Below, one piece after another: positions 1 to 12,986 of a stretch of DNA of 64,000 nucleotides. A model generated the notes under the pieces. The model was not told where the DNA came from. It worked only from the letters and a program-made list of their open reading frames with translations, and did not search any database. The DNA is from Malacoraja senta. Its lineage: Eukaryota. Each line of letters starts with the position of its first letter. Within the stretch, counting starts at the first letter, position 1. The translations under genes and the position numbers were made by a program. Location: the NCBI GenBank assembly GCA_038087875.1, contig CM075988.1, positions 9,798,001 through 9,862,000 of the forward strand, written 5' to 3'.

Positions 1-107
1 GGCTGTCTGTGCACCAGTCTCCCCACATTAAACAAAGTCATGCACAGGCGTGCTCCATAGAGAGGACAGTCATACTCGTTTCGAGTGACAGCCGATGATG
101 ATGATGA
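1..107 (+). mobile_element. 3' end of an RTE-clade retroelement with (GAT)n tail, truncated by the window edge
   Basis: Ends in ...GAGTGACAGCC(GAT)4. The sequence and microsatellite tail resemble RTE/Expander 3' UTRs (recognition only). Confidence 0.5.
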
Positions 108-156
108 ACATGGAACAATCTATCAATTTGGCTTCTACTACGCAACATTCTGCAGA

Positions 157-1110
157 GATAGACACAAAAGCTAGAGTTAAAGGTCTGTCTCACGAATCTG
201 CGGTCATTGGCGGCGAAACGGGAAGAATCTGCCGCCATAGACCGCGCACTCGTGAGAAAGAACAATTCCCGGGCCGTGCGACGGTGTTCCCAACACCGCG
301 CGGTGCAAAAATAAAATCGACAATGTCGAAAACCAAATACTCACCGCACAACCTCCACCAGTGATGCAAGAGTGCGCACGGCCGCTCGCACGGGCCGCCG
401 CCAGTATGGCTCGAGCGCCGTGCGTCAAACCTCCTCTGCCACAGCCTCCGCCAGTGACGCACGTGCCGCCGCTAGTGAGACACGTGTGCTGCGCGGCCGC
501 AGGCACAGCCACCGCTACAGCGCCGCGATCAGGATGGCCGCCGCCACAGCCGCCGCTGGTGAGTCACGTGCGGGGGGCCGACGTCATCGCAGTCGGCCCG
601 CCCTTTTTTTACTTACCGCAAGCACGTGGGACCCGCCGTGTTTGAATTAACTCGGCCCCCGCGCAACATCCGTGCGGCGCTCCGGTGGATAGCCTCGATG
701 CTCTCGCCGTTGCCGCGCGGTCCTAGCTACCGTCTACACCGCGCTTCACCGCCGATGACCGCAAACAGGTAAGACACGGCCTTAACTCAGCAGGCAAGGC
801 AGCATCTCTGGAGAGAAGAAATGGGTGACTTTTCAGGTCGAAAGCTGAAGAAGGGTCTCAACCCGAAAAGTCACGCATTCCTTCTCAATTTCAAGTGAGT
901 TTATTGTCATGTGTCCCTGATAGGACAATGAAATTCTTGCTTTGCTTCAGCACACAGAACATAGTAGGCATTTACTATAAAACAGATCAGTGTGTCCATA
1001 GACCATTATATAAATATATACACACATGAATAAATAAACTTCTCTCCAGAGTTACTCCAGCTTTTTGAGTCCATCTTCGGTTTAAACCAGCATCTGCAGT
1101 TCCTTCTAAC
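157..1110. mobile_element. Penelope pLTR-derived palindromic mini-element, split by a Harbinger-like insertion (181-782) and a LINE-tail insertion (~887-1038)
   Basis: Pieces GATAGACACAAAAGCT.GAGT / AACTCAGC..GCAGCATCTCTGGAGAGAAG / CTGAAGAAGGGTCTCAACCCGAAA / CCAGCATCTGCAGTTCCTT match the pLTRs of the Penelope copies at 31264 and 45580. Confidence 0.65.
181..782. mobile_element. Non-autonomous PIF/Harbinger-like DNA transposon with a GC-rich interior
   Basis: Imperfect ~40-bp TIRs (AGGTCTGTCTCACGAATCTGCGGTCATTGGCGGCGAA vs reverse complement AGGCCGTGTCTTACCTGTTTGCGGTCATCGGCGGTGAA). (T)TAA on both flanks (178-180, 783-785). The host repeat rejoins when the element is removed. Confidence 0.75.
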
Positions 1111-1184
1111 AGATCATGCAGAGGTTTGACACTGACCATTAATGCAGTTAGCCTTAGCTTGCAGAGTTACTTTGCTTTATAAAT

Positions 1185-1570
1185 TCATGAGTTCATAAGT
1201 ACCAGGAGCAGAATTAGGCCATTCAGCCCATCAAGTCTACTCTGCCATTCAGTCATGGCTGATCTATCTTTCGCTCTCAACCCCATTCTCCTGCCTTCTC
1301 CCCAAACCCTTGACACCCATACTAACCAAGAATCTATCTGTCTCTGCCTTAAAAATATCCATATCAATTTCCGCCTTAACAAAAATCTATTGACTTGGCA
1401 TCCACTGCCGTTTGTGGCAATGAATTCCACAGATTCGCCACCCTCTGACTAAAGAAATTCCTCCCCGTCTCCTTTCTTCAGGTATGACCTTGTATTCTGA
1501 GGCTATGGCCTTTGGTCCTAGATTGACCCACTAGTGGAAACATCCTCTCCACATCCACTCTATTCAGCCT
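1185..1570 (-). mobile_element. CR1 LINE 3' fragment
   Basis: Matches the 3' ends of the other CR1 copies in the window (e.g. 14510, 33260). Confidence 0.75.
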
Positions 1571-3493
1571 TATAATGCATCATCAGGGTGCTGTGAATCA
1601 CCCTTTGGTCCTCTTGTGTCAGAATCAAGCAACATAAGGCAATGTCACTCCATGTCACAGATGGTGGACTGCAGGTCAGATGTGCCCATCACTACTCACG
1701 TGTCCTCTAATTTACAACTACTCATAATTGATGTTGTGATTGCATGACACAATGATAGAGCAAACCCAGAGAGAGTGCTGCAGAATTAAACCTCATTTAT
1801 TATTTTGGAGGAAAAGGATATCCCTGGATATTTGAATACATTTATGAAGATGGTGAACAAGTCAAGTCATAGAGGTTCCTTCTCAAACTCAGCAAACACA
1901 GGCTACAGCAAGCAACTCATTCAACTAAAAGCATAGGACATTGCCACTGCAAGCGAATATGTTTTTGGAACTAAATTCCAAAGGTGATTTCACAACAACA
2001 TAATGACAACATTCCACAACACCTATAAAGTCATTGGAATGGTGCTAGTGTTGGAGAACATTCTTGTTGAAAGACTAAATAGGCTGGGGATGTATTTTAG
2101 AATAAAGGAGATGGGGAGATTTAATCAGGGTGAATACTATTAGTGAGAGGTCTTGACGATGACAAATGTTTCTATTTTTCCAGCAGATAGGGGTCCATTA
2201 CTGACCATCATTGTTTTATTAGAACATAGTCGGATAGGATAGATGAGAAAAAACATAATCACCCAAAGAATACTGGACACTGGAATTTTTTTGCTTGAAA
2301 AGATGATGGAGTTTGGACCCAGATTTTAAAATGTCTCTAAGATAAATCCCGGTTAAGTATCTTACAAAATTATAGACCAAAAGTTGGGAAATTAGACTAA
2401 CTTACCTGGCGAGCATGGGAACGATGTTCCACATTGCCTCTTGTGCTTTAGATTCCTCTGCTCAATGATTCTAACTTCTCCTCATCTAATTCTAGAAGCC
2501 TATTCTGCTTTTATTTTCTCTTTCATGTATTCTTAATGCTGGGCTCCATCACCTTCTCTTCCCCTTCAAATTCTTAACATACGTGAATGAATAAACTTCT
2601 CCAATATGCTTACGTTCTTTATTTGGAGTCATAAGACTCCCCCAATTGTCAAAGCATTTTCTCTACGTTTCCCTGGAGAAACTGCCCTTTATAATTTAGG
2701 TCACATGATCCTCTTTTCTAGAGTGAAGACATCATATTACTTTAGGCTTTTCTACATAACCCTTCAGACCTTACAACATCCTTGTCGATATTATTTGCAC
2801 CTTTATCAGAGTATGGAAGGTAGACACAAAATGCTGTGGGACAGGCAGCATCTCTGGAGAGAAGGAATAGGTGACGTTTTGGATCAAGACCCTTCTTCAG
2901 ATGCAGAGTATGGAGATAATCTCAGGACTCAAGTGACTCAAGACACAAGAGTGTATAATTGTCATATTTCCCAAAACAAAACAATGAAATTCTTACTTGT
3001 AGCAGCACATCTTTGCATTCTTTTTTGATGGTCAAAGCAATGGGATATTTCCTTTTGATATAGAGTTCAGATCTTTGCATTGTACTCTAAATCTGATCGA
3101 ACAAAGCTTTGATGAATGTTTAAGATAGCTTAGCGATTTTACATTTACTTTCTTCAAGACATTATATAAAAATGGTAATAGAACAAAGAGGAGTGCAGAA
3201 CAGGAATTGCCCCTTCAGCCCACAATGTCTGTGCCAACATAAAGTGACCTCATCTGCTTAAACGTGATCTACACTCTTCCATTCAATGCATGTCTATGTG
3301 CCTGTCTAAAAGCCTCTTAAACGCCGATGAATGGAAGAAAGTAGTTCTGGCATATCACAACCAAATATATGTTCACGTAAATACTTTATTGACTTATCAA
3401 TAGATGATACATTCAATGGCCCAGTGGGATCTTCTGAAACACCTTCTTAACTGTGGAGAATCCTTAATAATAATAAAAACTATGGTCTACTTA

Positions 3494-4635
3494 GAAACAT
3501 AGACATAGAAAATAGGTGCAGGAGTAAGCCATTCGGCCCTTCGAGACTGCACCGCCATTCAATATGATCATGGCTGATCATCCAAAATCACCACCCCGTT
3601 CTGAATTTGTCCCCATATCCCTTGATTCCTTTAGCCCTAAGAGCTAAATCGAACTCTCTCTTGAAAACATCCAGTGAATTGGCCTCCACTGCCTTCTGTG
3701 GCAGAGAATTCCACAGATTCACAACTCTCTGGGTGAAAAGGTTTTTCCTCATCTCAATCCTAAATGGCCTACCCCTTATTCTTAAACTGTGACCCATGGT
3801 TCTGGACTCCCCCAACATCAGGAACATCCCCTATCATCCTTCTAAATTCCAGCGAATACAAGCCCAGTCGACCCATTTTTTCATCATACGTCAGTCCCGA
3901 CATCCAGATAATTAATCTGGTGAACCTATGCTGCACTTCGTCAATAGCAATAATGTTCTTCCTCAAATTAGGAGACCAAAATTGAACACAATACTCCAGG
4001 TCCATTCTCACCAGGGCCATGTACAACTGCTGTCGGACCTCCTTGGCCCTAAACTCTAATCCTCTTGCAATGAAGGCCAACATGCCATTGGCTTTCTTCA
4101 CTGCCTGTTGTACCTGCATGCTTACTTTCAGTGACTGATGTACAAGCACACCCAGGTCTCGTTGCACCTCCCCTTCTCCTAATCTGACCCATTCAGATAA
4201 TAATCTGCCTTCCTGTTCTTGCCACCAAAGTGGATAACCTCACATTTATCCACATTATACTGCATCTTCCGTGCTTCTGCCCACTCACCCAACCTATCCA
4301 GGTCACCCTGCAGCCTCATAGCATCCTCCTTGCGGCTCACACTGCCTACCAACTTTGTGTCATCCGCAGACTTAGAGAAGTTACATTTAATTCCCTCGTT
4401 TAAATCGTAAATATATAATGTAAACAACTGGGGTCCCAGCAGCGAGCCTTGCGGCACCCCACTAGTCAGTGCCTGACATTATGCAAAGGACCCGTTAATT
4501 CCTACTGTTTGCTTCCGGTCTGCCAACCAGTTCGCTATCCATGTCAATACCCTACCCCCAATACCATTTGCTCTAATTTTGCCACTAATTTCTTGCATGG
4601 GACATTGTCAAAGGCTTTATGAAAGTCCAGATACA
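3494..4635 (-). mobile_element. CR1 (HER1-like) LINE, 5'-truncated, degenerate RT C-terminal region
   Basis: Minus-strand ORFs give PQGSLLGPQLFTLYIYDL, SADDTKL, LEYCVQFWSP and FTQRVVNLWNSLP, separated by frameshifts. Microsatellite tail at ~3494. Confidence 0.9.
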
Positions 4636-5464
4636 AGGCTAGCAATTGAAAGTCATCAAGTTGGGATTACTCAAATGAAAGCAAAGTCCTGGTACAGGCA
4701 GCATCTCTGGAGAACACGGGTAGCTGACGTTTTGGGTTGAGACCCTTCTTCAGATTGATTGTAGGGGTGGGTTGGAAAGAAAGCTGGAAAAGGGCCAACT
4801 TGTTTCTACAAATTGAGATTACTCCATGGGGAGTAAAATGGTAAATAAATTGATCATTTTGTAACTGACAGAAGACCAAAGACTCAAGGCTCAAGAGACT
4901 CCAGGTACAAGTGTATTATTGTCATATGTCCTGAAATGGAACTGTGAAATTCTGACTTGAAGCAGCACAACCTTGCATTACTTTTTGATAGTCAAAGCCA
5001 TGGGATGAAGCATTGTGACCATTCGCTGAACAATGCAGTAAGTCATATAATTATACCAGGAAGGTGAGAAGAACAGCTTCCATTCACAGTTACAAAAATA
5101 AATATAAGGACTCCTTATTGTTTCCAATCATCTACATTTTCTGATGCCAATGACTGCTGAGATTTTCTGGTTGAAGAAATGAGAATTTGGAGAAGATTTG
5201 GGGTTATTGCTGGGATGAAAGAATAGTGGTGAATATATTTTCATTGATCAAAAAGGAAAAGCAACAGATCAGACTTTCAAACCAACATTGTGCTTTGATT
5301 GGAAACCTTCATCTGATTCAGCTGCTTTTCCAATCTCCTGGATCTGACAGTAACTTGTGATATTCTACCATCCAATGCATTTACCAGAGAACCATCTTGC
5401 ATCGTGGTAGTTGTAAAAAATCTCCTATAGCTTAGACTCTTGATCAAAGGGCTTCCGATTGAAT

Positions 5465-5652
5465 GGGATGCTATATTTAAGAGGGAGTTAGATTTGGCCC
5501 TTGTGGCTAAAGGGATCAGGGGGTATGGAGAGAAGGCAGGTACGGGATACTGAGTTGGATGATCAGCCATGATCATATTGAATGGCGGTGCAGGCTCGAA
5601 GGGCCGAATGGCCGCTCCTGCACCTATTTTCTATGTATCTATGTATCTATGA
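5465..5652 (+). mobile_element. CR1 LINE 3' end with (TATCTATG)n-type tail
   Basis: Same 3' UTR as the 3494 copy, in the opposite orientation. Confidence 0.75.
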
Positions 5653-6349
5653 ATTTCAATTGAATCTTCCACTCCTCCACTTTTGGATGTGCCAAATGAA
5701 GACACGATGAGTGACAATAGTTCTTAAGCAAGATGTCTCTTTAATGCACGTGATAAAATGTACATGTTCCCGTAAATCAAATCATTTTCTAAAAGATAAC
5801 AACTAAATTAATTCTGGAACATTGATTGTCATTAAGGGATTAATTCCAGTTGAGGGTATGACATGCCAACAACTGATATTGACATTATTGTGGCCCTATA
5901 ATTAAAGAATACAGCAGAATGTTTGCCTTAATTTCAAAACTCTGCAATATTAATTCCCTGTCAAAATAGGCATACTTACATTAATACTTTCTAGGCATGC
6001 GTGAATGGGAGGAAGTCTTCTGAATTGGAAAGCTGGACAGTGTTGGACAAGAGATGTTAGCTCAGGATTAGTTGTGTTTTGTTGTCTGGCCCAGAGACTG
6101 AGTTAAGTATTGGGCCATGTAACTTCAGGAGGTGGTCTATGAATGTGGGATAGAGGGTGAGGATGAAATCCGTGTCAATATTAGTAGGGTAGACAATAGT
6201 AGGCTAGGCATCTGATTCTCAGCAGTATTTGGTTGCTGATGGTAAGAAAGTCCAAACAAGGGATTACAAAGTTTGTTCCAATGGTGCGAGAGAAGACGAG
6301 AGTAAGGAAAGGGATTTGTTTGGGCATGGATGTGGACAAGGATTCCTAG

Positions 6350-7245
6350 AAACAAAGAACTGCTGATTCTGGTTTGCACAAAAGGACACAAAATATTGGA
6401 GTAAATCAATGGGTCAGGCACCTCTGGAGAGCTTGGATAGGTGACTTTTCAGATCGGTCCCTCCTTCAGACTGATTGTGTGGGGGGATGGGGTGGAGGAA
6501 GAAAGATGGGTGAGAGGAGAGATGGGACAAATCGTGGACAGGTGAGGTGGGGGTTTACTAGGCAGATGGTTCGAACAAAGGCCTGAGATTAAAGCAGAAA
6601 GTGTGAGCAGAAGGATTGGAATTGTAAATTGTGAAGCCAGAGGAAGGAACGTGGGAGGGGGTGGGGAGGGAATAAGTAGGTGGTAGTCCAGGTGGGGCAT
6701 AGGAGAGAAGTGTGAAAGGAGGTTGTGGGGGCAAAAGGGGAGAGGGAGGAGGGGGGGGGGAGGGGTTGTCAGAGGTTACCTAAAATTGGAGAATTCAATA
6801 TTCATACCATTGGGTTGTAAGCGGAATATGAGGAGCTGTTCCTCCAGTTTGCACATGGCTTCACTCTGACAGTGGAGAAGGCTCACAACAGGAAGGTCAG
6901 TATGGGAATAGGAAGGGGAGTTAAGATGCTTAGCAATCGGGAGATCCAGTCGGCCTTGGCGGACCGAGCACAAGTGTTTGTCAAAATAGTCGGTGAGTCT
7001 ATGCTTGGACTCCCCAATGTACAAGGTGAGGTTAGAGGGGGTGCACCTAAACCGCCATCTCACCTGGAAGGACTGCTGGGATCTCTGGACGGATACAAGG
7101 GAGGAGATACAGGTGTTACATCTCCTGCAGTTGCACGGACATGTACCTGGAGAGGGAATGGTTTGGGTGGTAAGGGAAGTGAACGGTCTCTGCGGAAGGT
7201 GGAAAGGGGTGGAGATGGGAAGATGTTGAGATAGGGGTTACTGTA
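6350..7245 (-). mobile_element. Penelope-like element 3' fragment (GIY-YIG endonuclease remnant plus pLTR)
   Basis: ORF 6776-7063 contains LYIGESKHRL...IAKHLNSPSYSHTDL...KLEEQLLIFRL...PNGMNIEF, followed by the pLTR. Confidence 0.85.
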
Positions 7246-7949
7246 GCAGGCCATCGTGCTTCCATTAAAATATTAATTGGAAACCATTCCGTTCAAAAGA
7301 CATACACAACTGTCCCATCTTTTGCCTGGCAGCTCTAGGCACATTTTCCCAGTATCTTATGAATTCTTCGCTGTTTCACAACATTTTACGAAAATGACAA
7401 AACATATCGCAGGAAACATATCCCAGACAGTCGTTTCAAACTGAATATGTACTCCGAAATCTGGCTTCATTGATGTGCTTATATTTATTTGATTTGTTAA
7501 TCAGAATCAAGTCCATGTTTGGAATGTGATAATCATGCATTTCTTAATATACACTTCAAAATTCTGGTAAGAATGTACTGCATTGAGTGCATGCAAGAGT
7601 GACTGTAAGTAAGATTATTACTACTTCAGAGGAGCATATTAATATAGGCTAGATTGGAGCCCAGATTCCTGATTAAAGTCAACTACCAAAGAGCCGAATA
7701 ATGCTAATGTTATTGAATTTATGTCAAATGTGTACGAGATGTTATTTGGTTGCAATTTGTATGCTTCTCCTTGCTACTAGGAATGATATCAAAGTAATTG
7801 AGAAGGTCTTAACAAATATTTGCTGCTATTATTATTATTATGTTAAAATCTTAATGGCCTCTAAATAATAAAATAAAACAAGGAAACTGTTACCAAACAG
7901 CATCATTACTGGTTTTGTTGAGTTGAATTGAAAAAATCTTTTCCATCCT

Positions 7950-8228
7950 TTCGAGAACCAGAGGACATAGGATTAAGGTGAGAGGGGGAAGATTTAAACA
8001 AACCTGAGGGGTAACATTTTTACACAAAGGGTGATGGGTGTATGGTACGAGCTGCCGGAGCAGATAGTTGAGGAAGGTACTATTGAAAACTTTAAAGAAT
8101 CGTTTAGGCAGGTAAATTGAGGGGATATGGGTCAAATGTAGGCAGATGGGTCTAGTGTAGGTGTGGATAATGCAGTGTAGATTGGTCAGTGTGGGCAAGA
8201 CCTATTTCCACACTGTATGACTCTATAA
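7950..8228 (+). mobile_element. CR1 LINE 3' fragment
   Basis: Similar to the 15110 copy (AGAACCAGAGGACATAGG...TTTACACAAAGGGTGATGGGTGTATGG). Confidence 0.7.
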
Positions 8229-9239
8229 CGTTTACAAAATATGTATCTAAGATGGCCACTCAGAAGCAAGGAATGAATCAGAGGCAGAGGGGGTTATGGA
8301 GTGAAACACCAAAGCCTAAAAGGACAGGTGACCATGGTCATAATAAAGAGATCATTACCCCTCCACTCTTCCAGCTTTCTATTCTCCCACCCCTGCAATC
8401 AGTCTGAAGAAAGGTTCCGACCAAAAGTATCACCAACGATGCTGCCTGACCTGTTGAGTTACTCCTACATTTTGCGTCTTTCTGAAAAAATCCAAAGGCT
8501 TTGCTGCTAAAGACACAGTCACTAAAGGTGGAATGATTTAAACTCAGGGGTGAGTAAGGGACATCTGAGGAGTGGAAGTGTAATTTGAAAATTATGAAGT
8601 AAAGGTGAATATCGTGGAATTATTTGTAGAGGGGGGAATTTGTAAAAAGATGGATTCGCTGTGAGCGAGTATAGTGTTGGGTGGTGGTGGGGTGGGGGGG
8701 GGGATAGGAGGTTAATAGGACATTGCAAATTAGAGCATAGTTTTTCTGTGTGATCTCATTGTGAAGTGTAGAATGAGAGAATGCATTAAATTAGAGATGT
8801 TCGGAGGTCGTAGTCATACGACACAGAAACAGGCCCTTCAGTCCACACTGTTACACTAATCCTACAATAATCCCATTTATTCTGTCTATTATTCCATTGA
8901 CTCATCGCAGTTTCCACACTCACCTAAACACTCAGGTCACGTTTCAGTGGCCAATTAATTTACCAATCCTCGGATCTTTGCATCACCCAGGATAAATCCA
9001 AACAGTTGCAGGGAGAATGTGTAAATGTACACGGACAACACCAGAGGTCAGGTGGAACCTGCATCACTGGCAGCAGCACTACCAGCTGCGTCACCGTGTC
9101 TGGGGAGCTCATGGTCAAAAGTTTCTATCTGTGGGATTAAACACCTTTGCGCACCTTCCCACTGTTCCCATTCTTGTATCCCTTCATTAACACCTCTACA
9201 CCAGTCAACAATGTGCCATTATGGGATCCACCCTTCCTT

Positions 9240-9651
9240 GGGTGGCATAGTGGTGCAGCAGTAGAGTTGCTGGTTAACAACACTTCCAGCATCGGAGACT
9301 CGGGTTCGATCCATGCTACGGGTGCTGTCTGCACGGAGTTTGTGCCTTGTCTCCGTGACCTGCGTGGGTTTTCTCCGAGATCTTCGGTTTCCTCCCACAC
9401 TCCAAAGACATATATGTCTTACACAAGAATCATTTCAAGAATTCAAGAATCATCCACAAGAATCAAATCCAGGCAGCGAAAGACATATAAAGACAAAGAC
9501 AGGTTTGTAGGTTAATTGGCCTGGTAAATGTAAAAATTGTCCCTAGTATGTAGTAAGATAGTGTTAATATGCGGGGATTGCTGGTCGGCCCGGACCCAGT
9601 GGGCCAAAGGGCCTGTTTCCGTTAGGTATCTCTAAACTGAACTAAACTAAA
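9240..9651 (+). mobile_element. HE1-type tRNA-derived V-SINE with a small internal insertion
   Basis: Pol III A box (TGGTGCAGCAGTAG) and B box (GGTTCGATCC), V-domain CGGTTTCCTCCCACACTCCAAAGAC, CR1-like 3' tail and (TAAAC)n. Confidence 0.85.
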
Positions 9652-10909
9652 CCATCTGTTGCTGGCCCTGCTTTGTTCTGGCTTTTTCTTACCTCCAGTT
9701 CCCTCCCCTCTACATTGAGCCTGAAGAAGGGACCTGACCCAAAATGTCAGCCAGAGATGCTGCCTGACCCGCTGAGTAACTTCAGCAATTTGTGTCTACC
9801 TTTAAATCAGAAGTCCATCTCAAGGGAACGTGAGCTAGGATTAGGCTGCCATTAGACAGATTACTTTACTCAATGGGTGATGTGTTGAGATACCAAGAGC
9901 ATGGATAGAGTTTCAGTAGAGGATGCTCGGAGGAAGGGGCAGAATTGTCAGTAAGGCAGCACAGAGGGAATAGGGATATGTGGTCACTTCACTTCACTTG
10001 GACTCAGCTAATGCACTAAGACTGGAACCATGACCCAAATACAAAGTGCTGGATGAATTCAGAGCTTCAAGCAGCATCTTTGGAGGGAATGGACAGATGA
10101 TGTTTCATATTCCTTCTTTAGTTTGATTGGAGTGGTGGTGGGAGGGCGGGACAAAGCTGGAAAAGAGAGGTGGGTGCTTCATCCCCAGTCACCGAAAAAG
10201 GGACCCGATCCAAAATGTCGCCTGTTCATTCCCTCCACTGTTACCAACTGGCCCGTTGAGTTCCTTCAACAATTTGTGTTTTGCTGAGGAAAATCTGGTT
10301 CAAATTCAGACATTTATCTGAGGGATAAAATCAGTAGCTGCTCAACAAAGATGGCGATGAGGACGAAAGAAAATAACACATCTGCTCATCAAGAACGGGA
10401 TATCAGTCAACTTAAAGACAGTCAAGAGGCTTGGTTTTGCCGGAGAGCTGGTTTATAAAGGATGAAGTACACTGGAACAATTTGCTGCAGTTAATACAAC
10501 TGGGCATCTCACAGATTGCACTGGCAGAAAGCGTAACAATTGACAAGTCAAAGATTTTCTCCAGCTTAACACATGCTCCAGCAATCCTGGTTTAGCTATT
10601 GATATTTGAGACAAGAAATGAAATTCCAGCTGTACTGCTGCCCCAGAGGGCATTCCACAGGCAGGGGGAATAGTGCATTACATTTCAGTGCAGCGAATCT
10701 TTGTTGAATGTTAAGAAGCAACATAAGCAGTGTTCCAGAACATCATGTGGATCTGTTCTAGTATTAGCCTGTGGAAGGTTGATAGTTCAAGTATATTTTC
10801 CAGTATGAAATTTGGGTCATGATTGTTAAGATCACGATACTCCAAAACAAAATGTACTAATTTTGTCAAAGCCTGAGGAAAGTCTATATTTGTAATTTAC
10901 CAGCGGTTA

Positions 10910-11235
10910 AGTTTAACTTAGTTTAGAGATACAGCATGAAGACAGGCCCTTCGGCCCACCATGTATACGCTGACCATCGATCACCCATTCACACCAGTTC
11001 CGTGTTATCCCACTTTCGCATCCACTTCCTGCACACTAGGAGCAATTTACAGAGGCCAATTGACCTTTCAACCTGCACATCCTCTGGATTTGGGAAGACA
11101 CCAGAGTACCCAGAGAAGACCCATGGGGTCACAGGGAGAATGTGCAAACTCCACACAGACTGCAGCCGATGTCAGGATCAAACTCGGGTCTGGCACTGTG
11201 AGGCAGCGGCTATACCAGTTGAGCCACCGTGCCTC
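10910..11235 (-). mobile_element. HE1-type V-SINE
   Basis: Reverse-complement match to the 9240 and 18789 copies. Confidence 0.75.
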
Positions 11236-12007
11236 CCACAACAATGATACTCGCGTATTTACTTTCTCAACAATAGGTTAAATGGTTACAACAGTCATGG
11301 TGACACCATTTTGTTTTACATGCATATTTTTGACATTGCTTGGAGGACAAAAGACTGGAGAATGTCTTTACTAAAGCTATTGACTTATTTTTAAGCACTT
11401 AAGGCAATGCGTGCTGTTCCAATTGATCCAACCTTATCAGATCTAATCTTTAAGACTTTAATGGACAGTAAAGACTTTTGTAGCAACTCATGTTGCACTT
11501 AACTAATGAGCTTGTTGGATGCAGCAAATAGAATTATCATGATGATGGTGCGGTAAAAAGATAGATCTCTATTTAACGAGTGGATAAATGGCAGATGGAG
11601 TTTAAGTGTGAGGTGTTGTACTTTGGGAGATTGAATGCAAGGGGATAGTTATTGGCAAGACACGTAACAACATTCATGTGCAGAGGGATCTTGGGGTCCA
11701 AGTCCAGAGCTGCCTGAAAGTGACAACACCTGTAGATAAAATGTTAAAGACTGCATATTAATTGCATGTCTTCTCTAGTCATGGCATTGAGTATAAGTGT
11801 CAGGAAGACATGATGCCACTCCCTAAGACCTTGGTTAGGACTCATTTGGAGTATTGCGAGCAGTTTTGTTCACCACATGAAAAGAAGTATGTTGCAGCTT
11901 TGAAGAGGGCGCTGAAGAGGTTTACCACAATGCTGTCTGGATTAGGGGGTATTAGCTACAAGGAGTGATTGGACAACATTGGATTGTTTGGAACATTGGA
12001 ATGCCGG

Positions 12008-12473
12008 AGTTTCTTTTTTTTGAAATATTTTTATTAGAAGCATGTGCATATCATAATACAAATATTTCTTGTATATCAATCATACGTTGCTAATAGGTGG
12101 GAATCCAGCTATCAAAATAATAGTGGTCCTCCTTTATCAGTTGTATATTAACTCTGCTTCTATTTGGGTTTTTTTTTTTATCGATAGAAAGCGAGAGAAA
12201 AAAAAAGCAGACGTAAGGTCTCCAACATTTCCATAATCCACATTTTAATTGTGGGGGTTATAGGACCTTTCCAAAATTTTAATATTAATTTTTTCCCAGT
12301 TATTATTCTATAATCTACAAAGTTTCTTTGGCTTGTTGTAAGTCTTAGGCTTTGATCTGATATTCCTAATATTATTAGTTTTGAGTCGGGATCCAATTGG
12401 GTGTTGCCAACTTCAGAAATTATTCTAAAAATATCCGTCCAGATATTTTTGATTTTTATACAGTTTACAAAGG
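12008..12473 (-). mobile_element. L1-clade LINE, short 5'-truncated 3' fragment
   Basis: KKLILKFWKGPITPTIKMWI is homologous to the C-terminus of the 29957 L1 ORF2. Poly(A) remnant at ~12010-12021. TGGAATGCCGG is duplicated at 11997-12007 and 12474-12484. Confidence 0.85.
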
Positions 12474-12484
12474 TGGAATGCCGG

Positions 12485-12986
12485 CACCCGAAAAAGGGAC
12501 CACATCACCCCGATCCTGGCCTCTCTCCACTGGCTCCCTGTGCGGTTCCGTATACATTTCAAGATCCTCCTCTATGTCTACAAAGCCCTCAATGGGCTTG
12601 CCCCCACCTACATTAAAAGTCTTCTCACCCACCACTCCACCTCCAGGTCCCTCAGATCGGCCGACTTGGGGTTGCTGAATATCCCGCGGACTAGGCATAA
12701 TCTCAGGGGCGACCGCGCCTTTGCGGTTGCAGCTCCTAGACTGTGGAACAGCATCCCCCTTCCCATCAGAACTGCCCCCTCCATCGACTCCATTAAGTCA
12801 AGACTAAAAACGTATCTATACTCCCAAGCCTTTCTTGACGTCCTCTGAGCGAGGGCTATATGTATAAATGTATGTAGTTTGTTTGTTTATATTATTCTTA
12901 TAACAAATGTAAAGTACTTTGGCCAACGAGAGTTGTTTTTTAAATGTGCTATATAAATAAATGTGACTTGACTTGACTTGACTTCA
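12485..12986 (+). mobile_element. L2 LINE 3' fragment
   Basis: HITPILASLHWLPVRFRIHFKILL...GDRAFAVAAPRLWNSIP...SRLKTYLY, then AATAAA and a (GACTT)n tail. Confidence 0.9.

Noticed and set aside
38..650. Cluster of overlapping GC-rich ORFs suggesting a gene or CpG-island promoter
   Set aside because: The GC-rich part lies within TIRs inserted into another repeat. The ORFs reflect high GC and show no domain motifs.
9240..9315. tRNA genes suggested by A/B boxes here and in other copies
   Set aside because: Each continues into the V-SINE body and CR1-like tail, so these are SINE heads and not tRNA genes.
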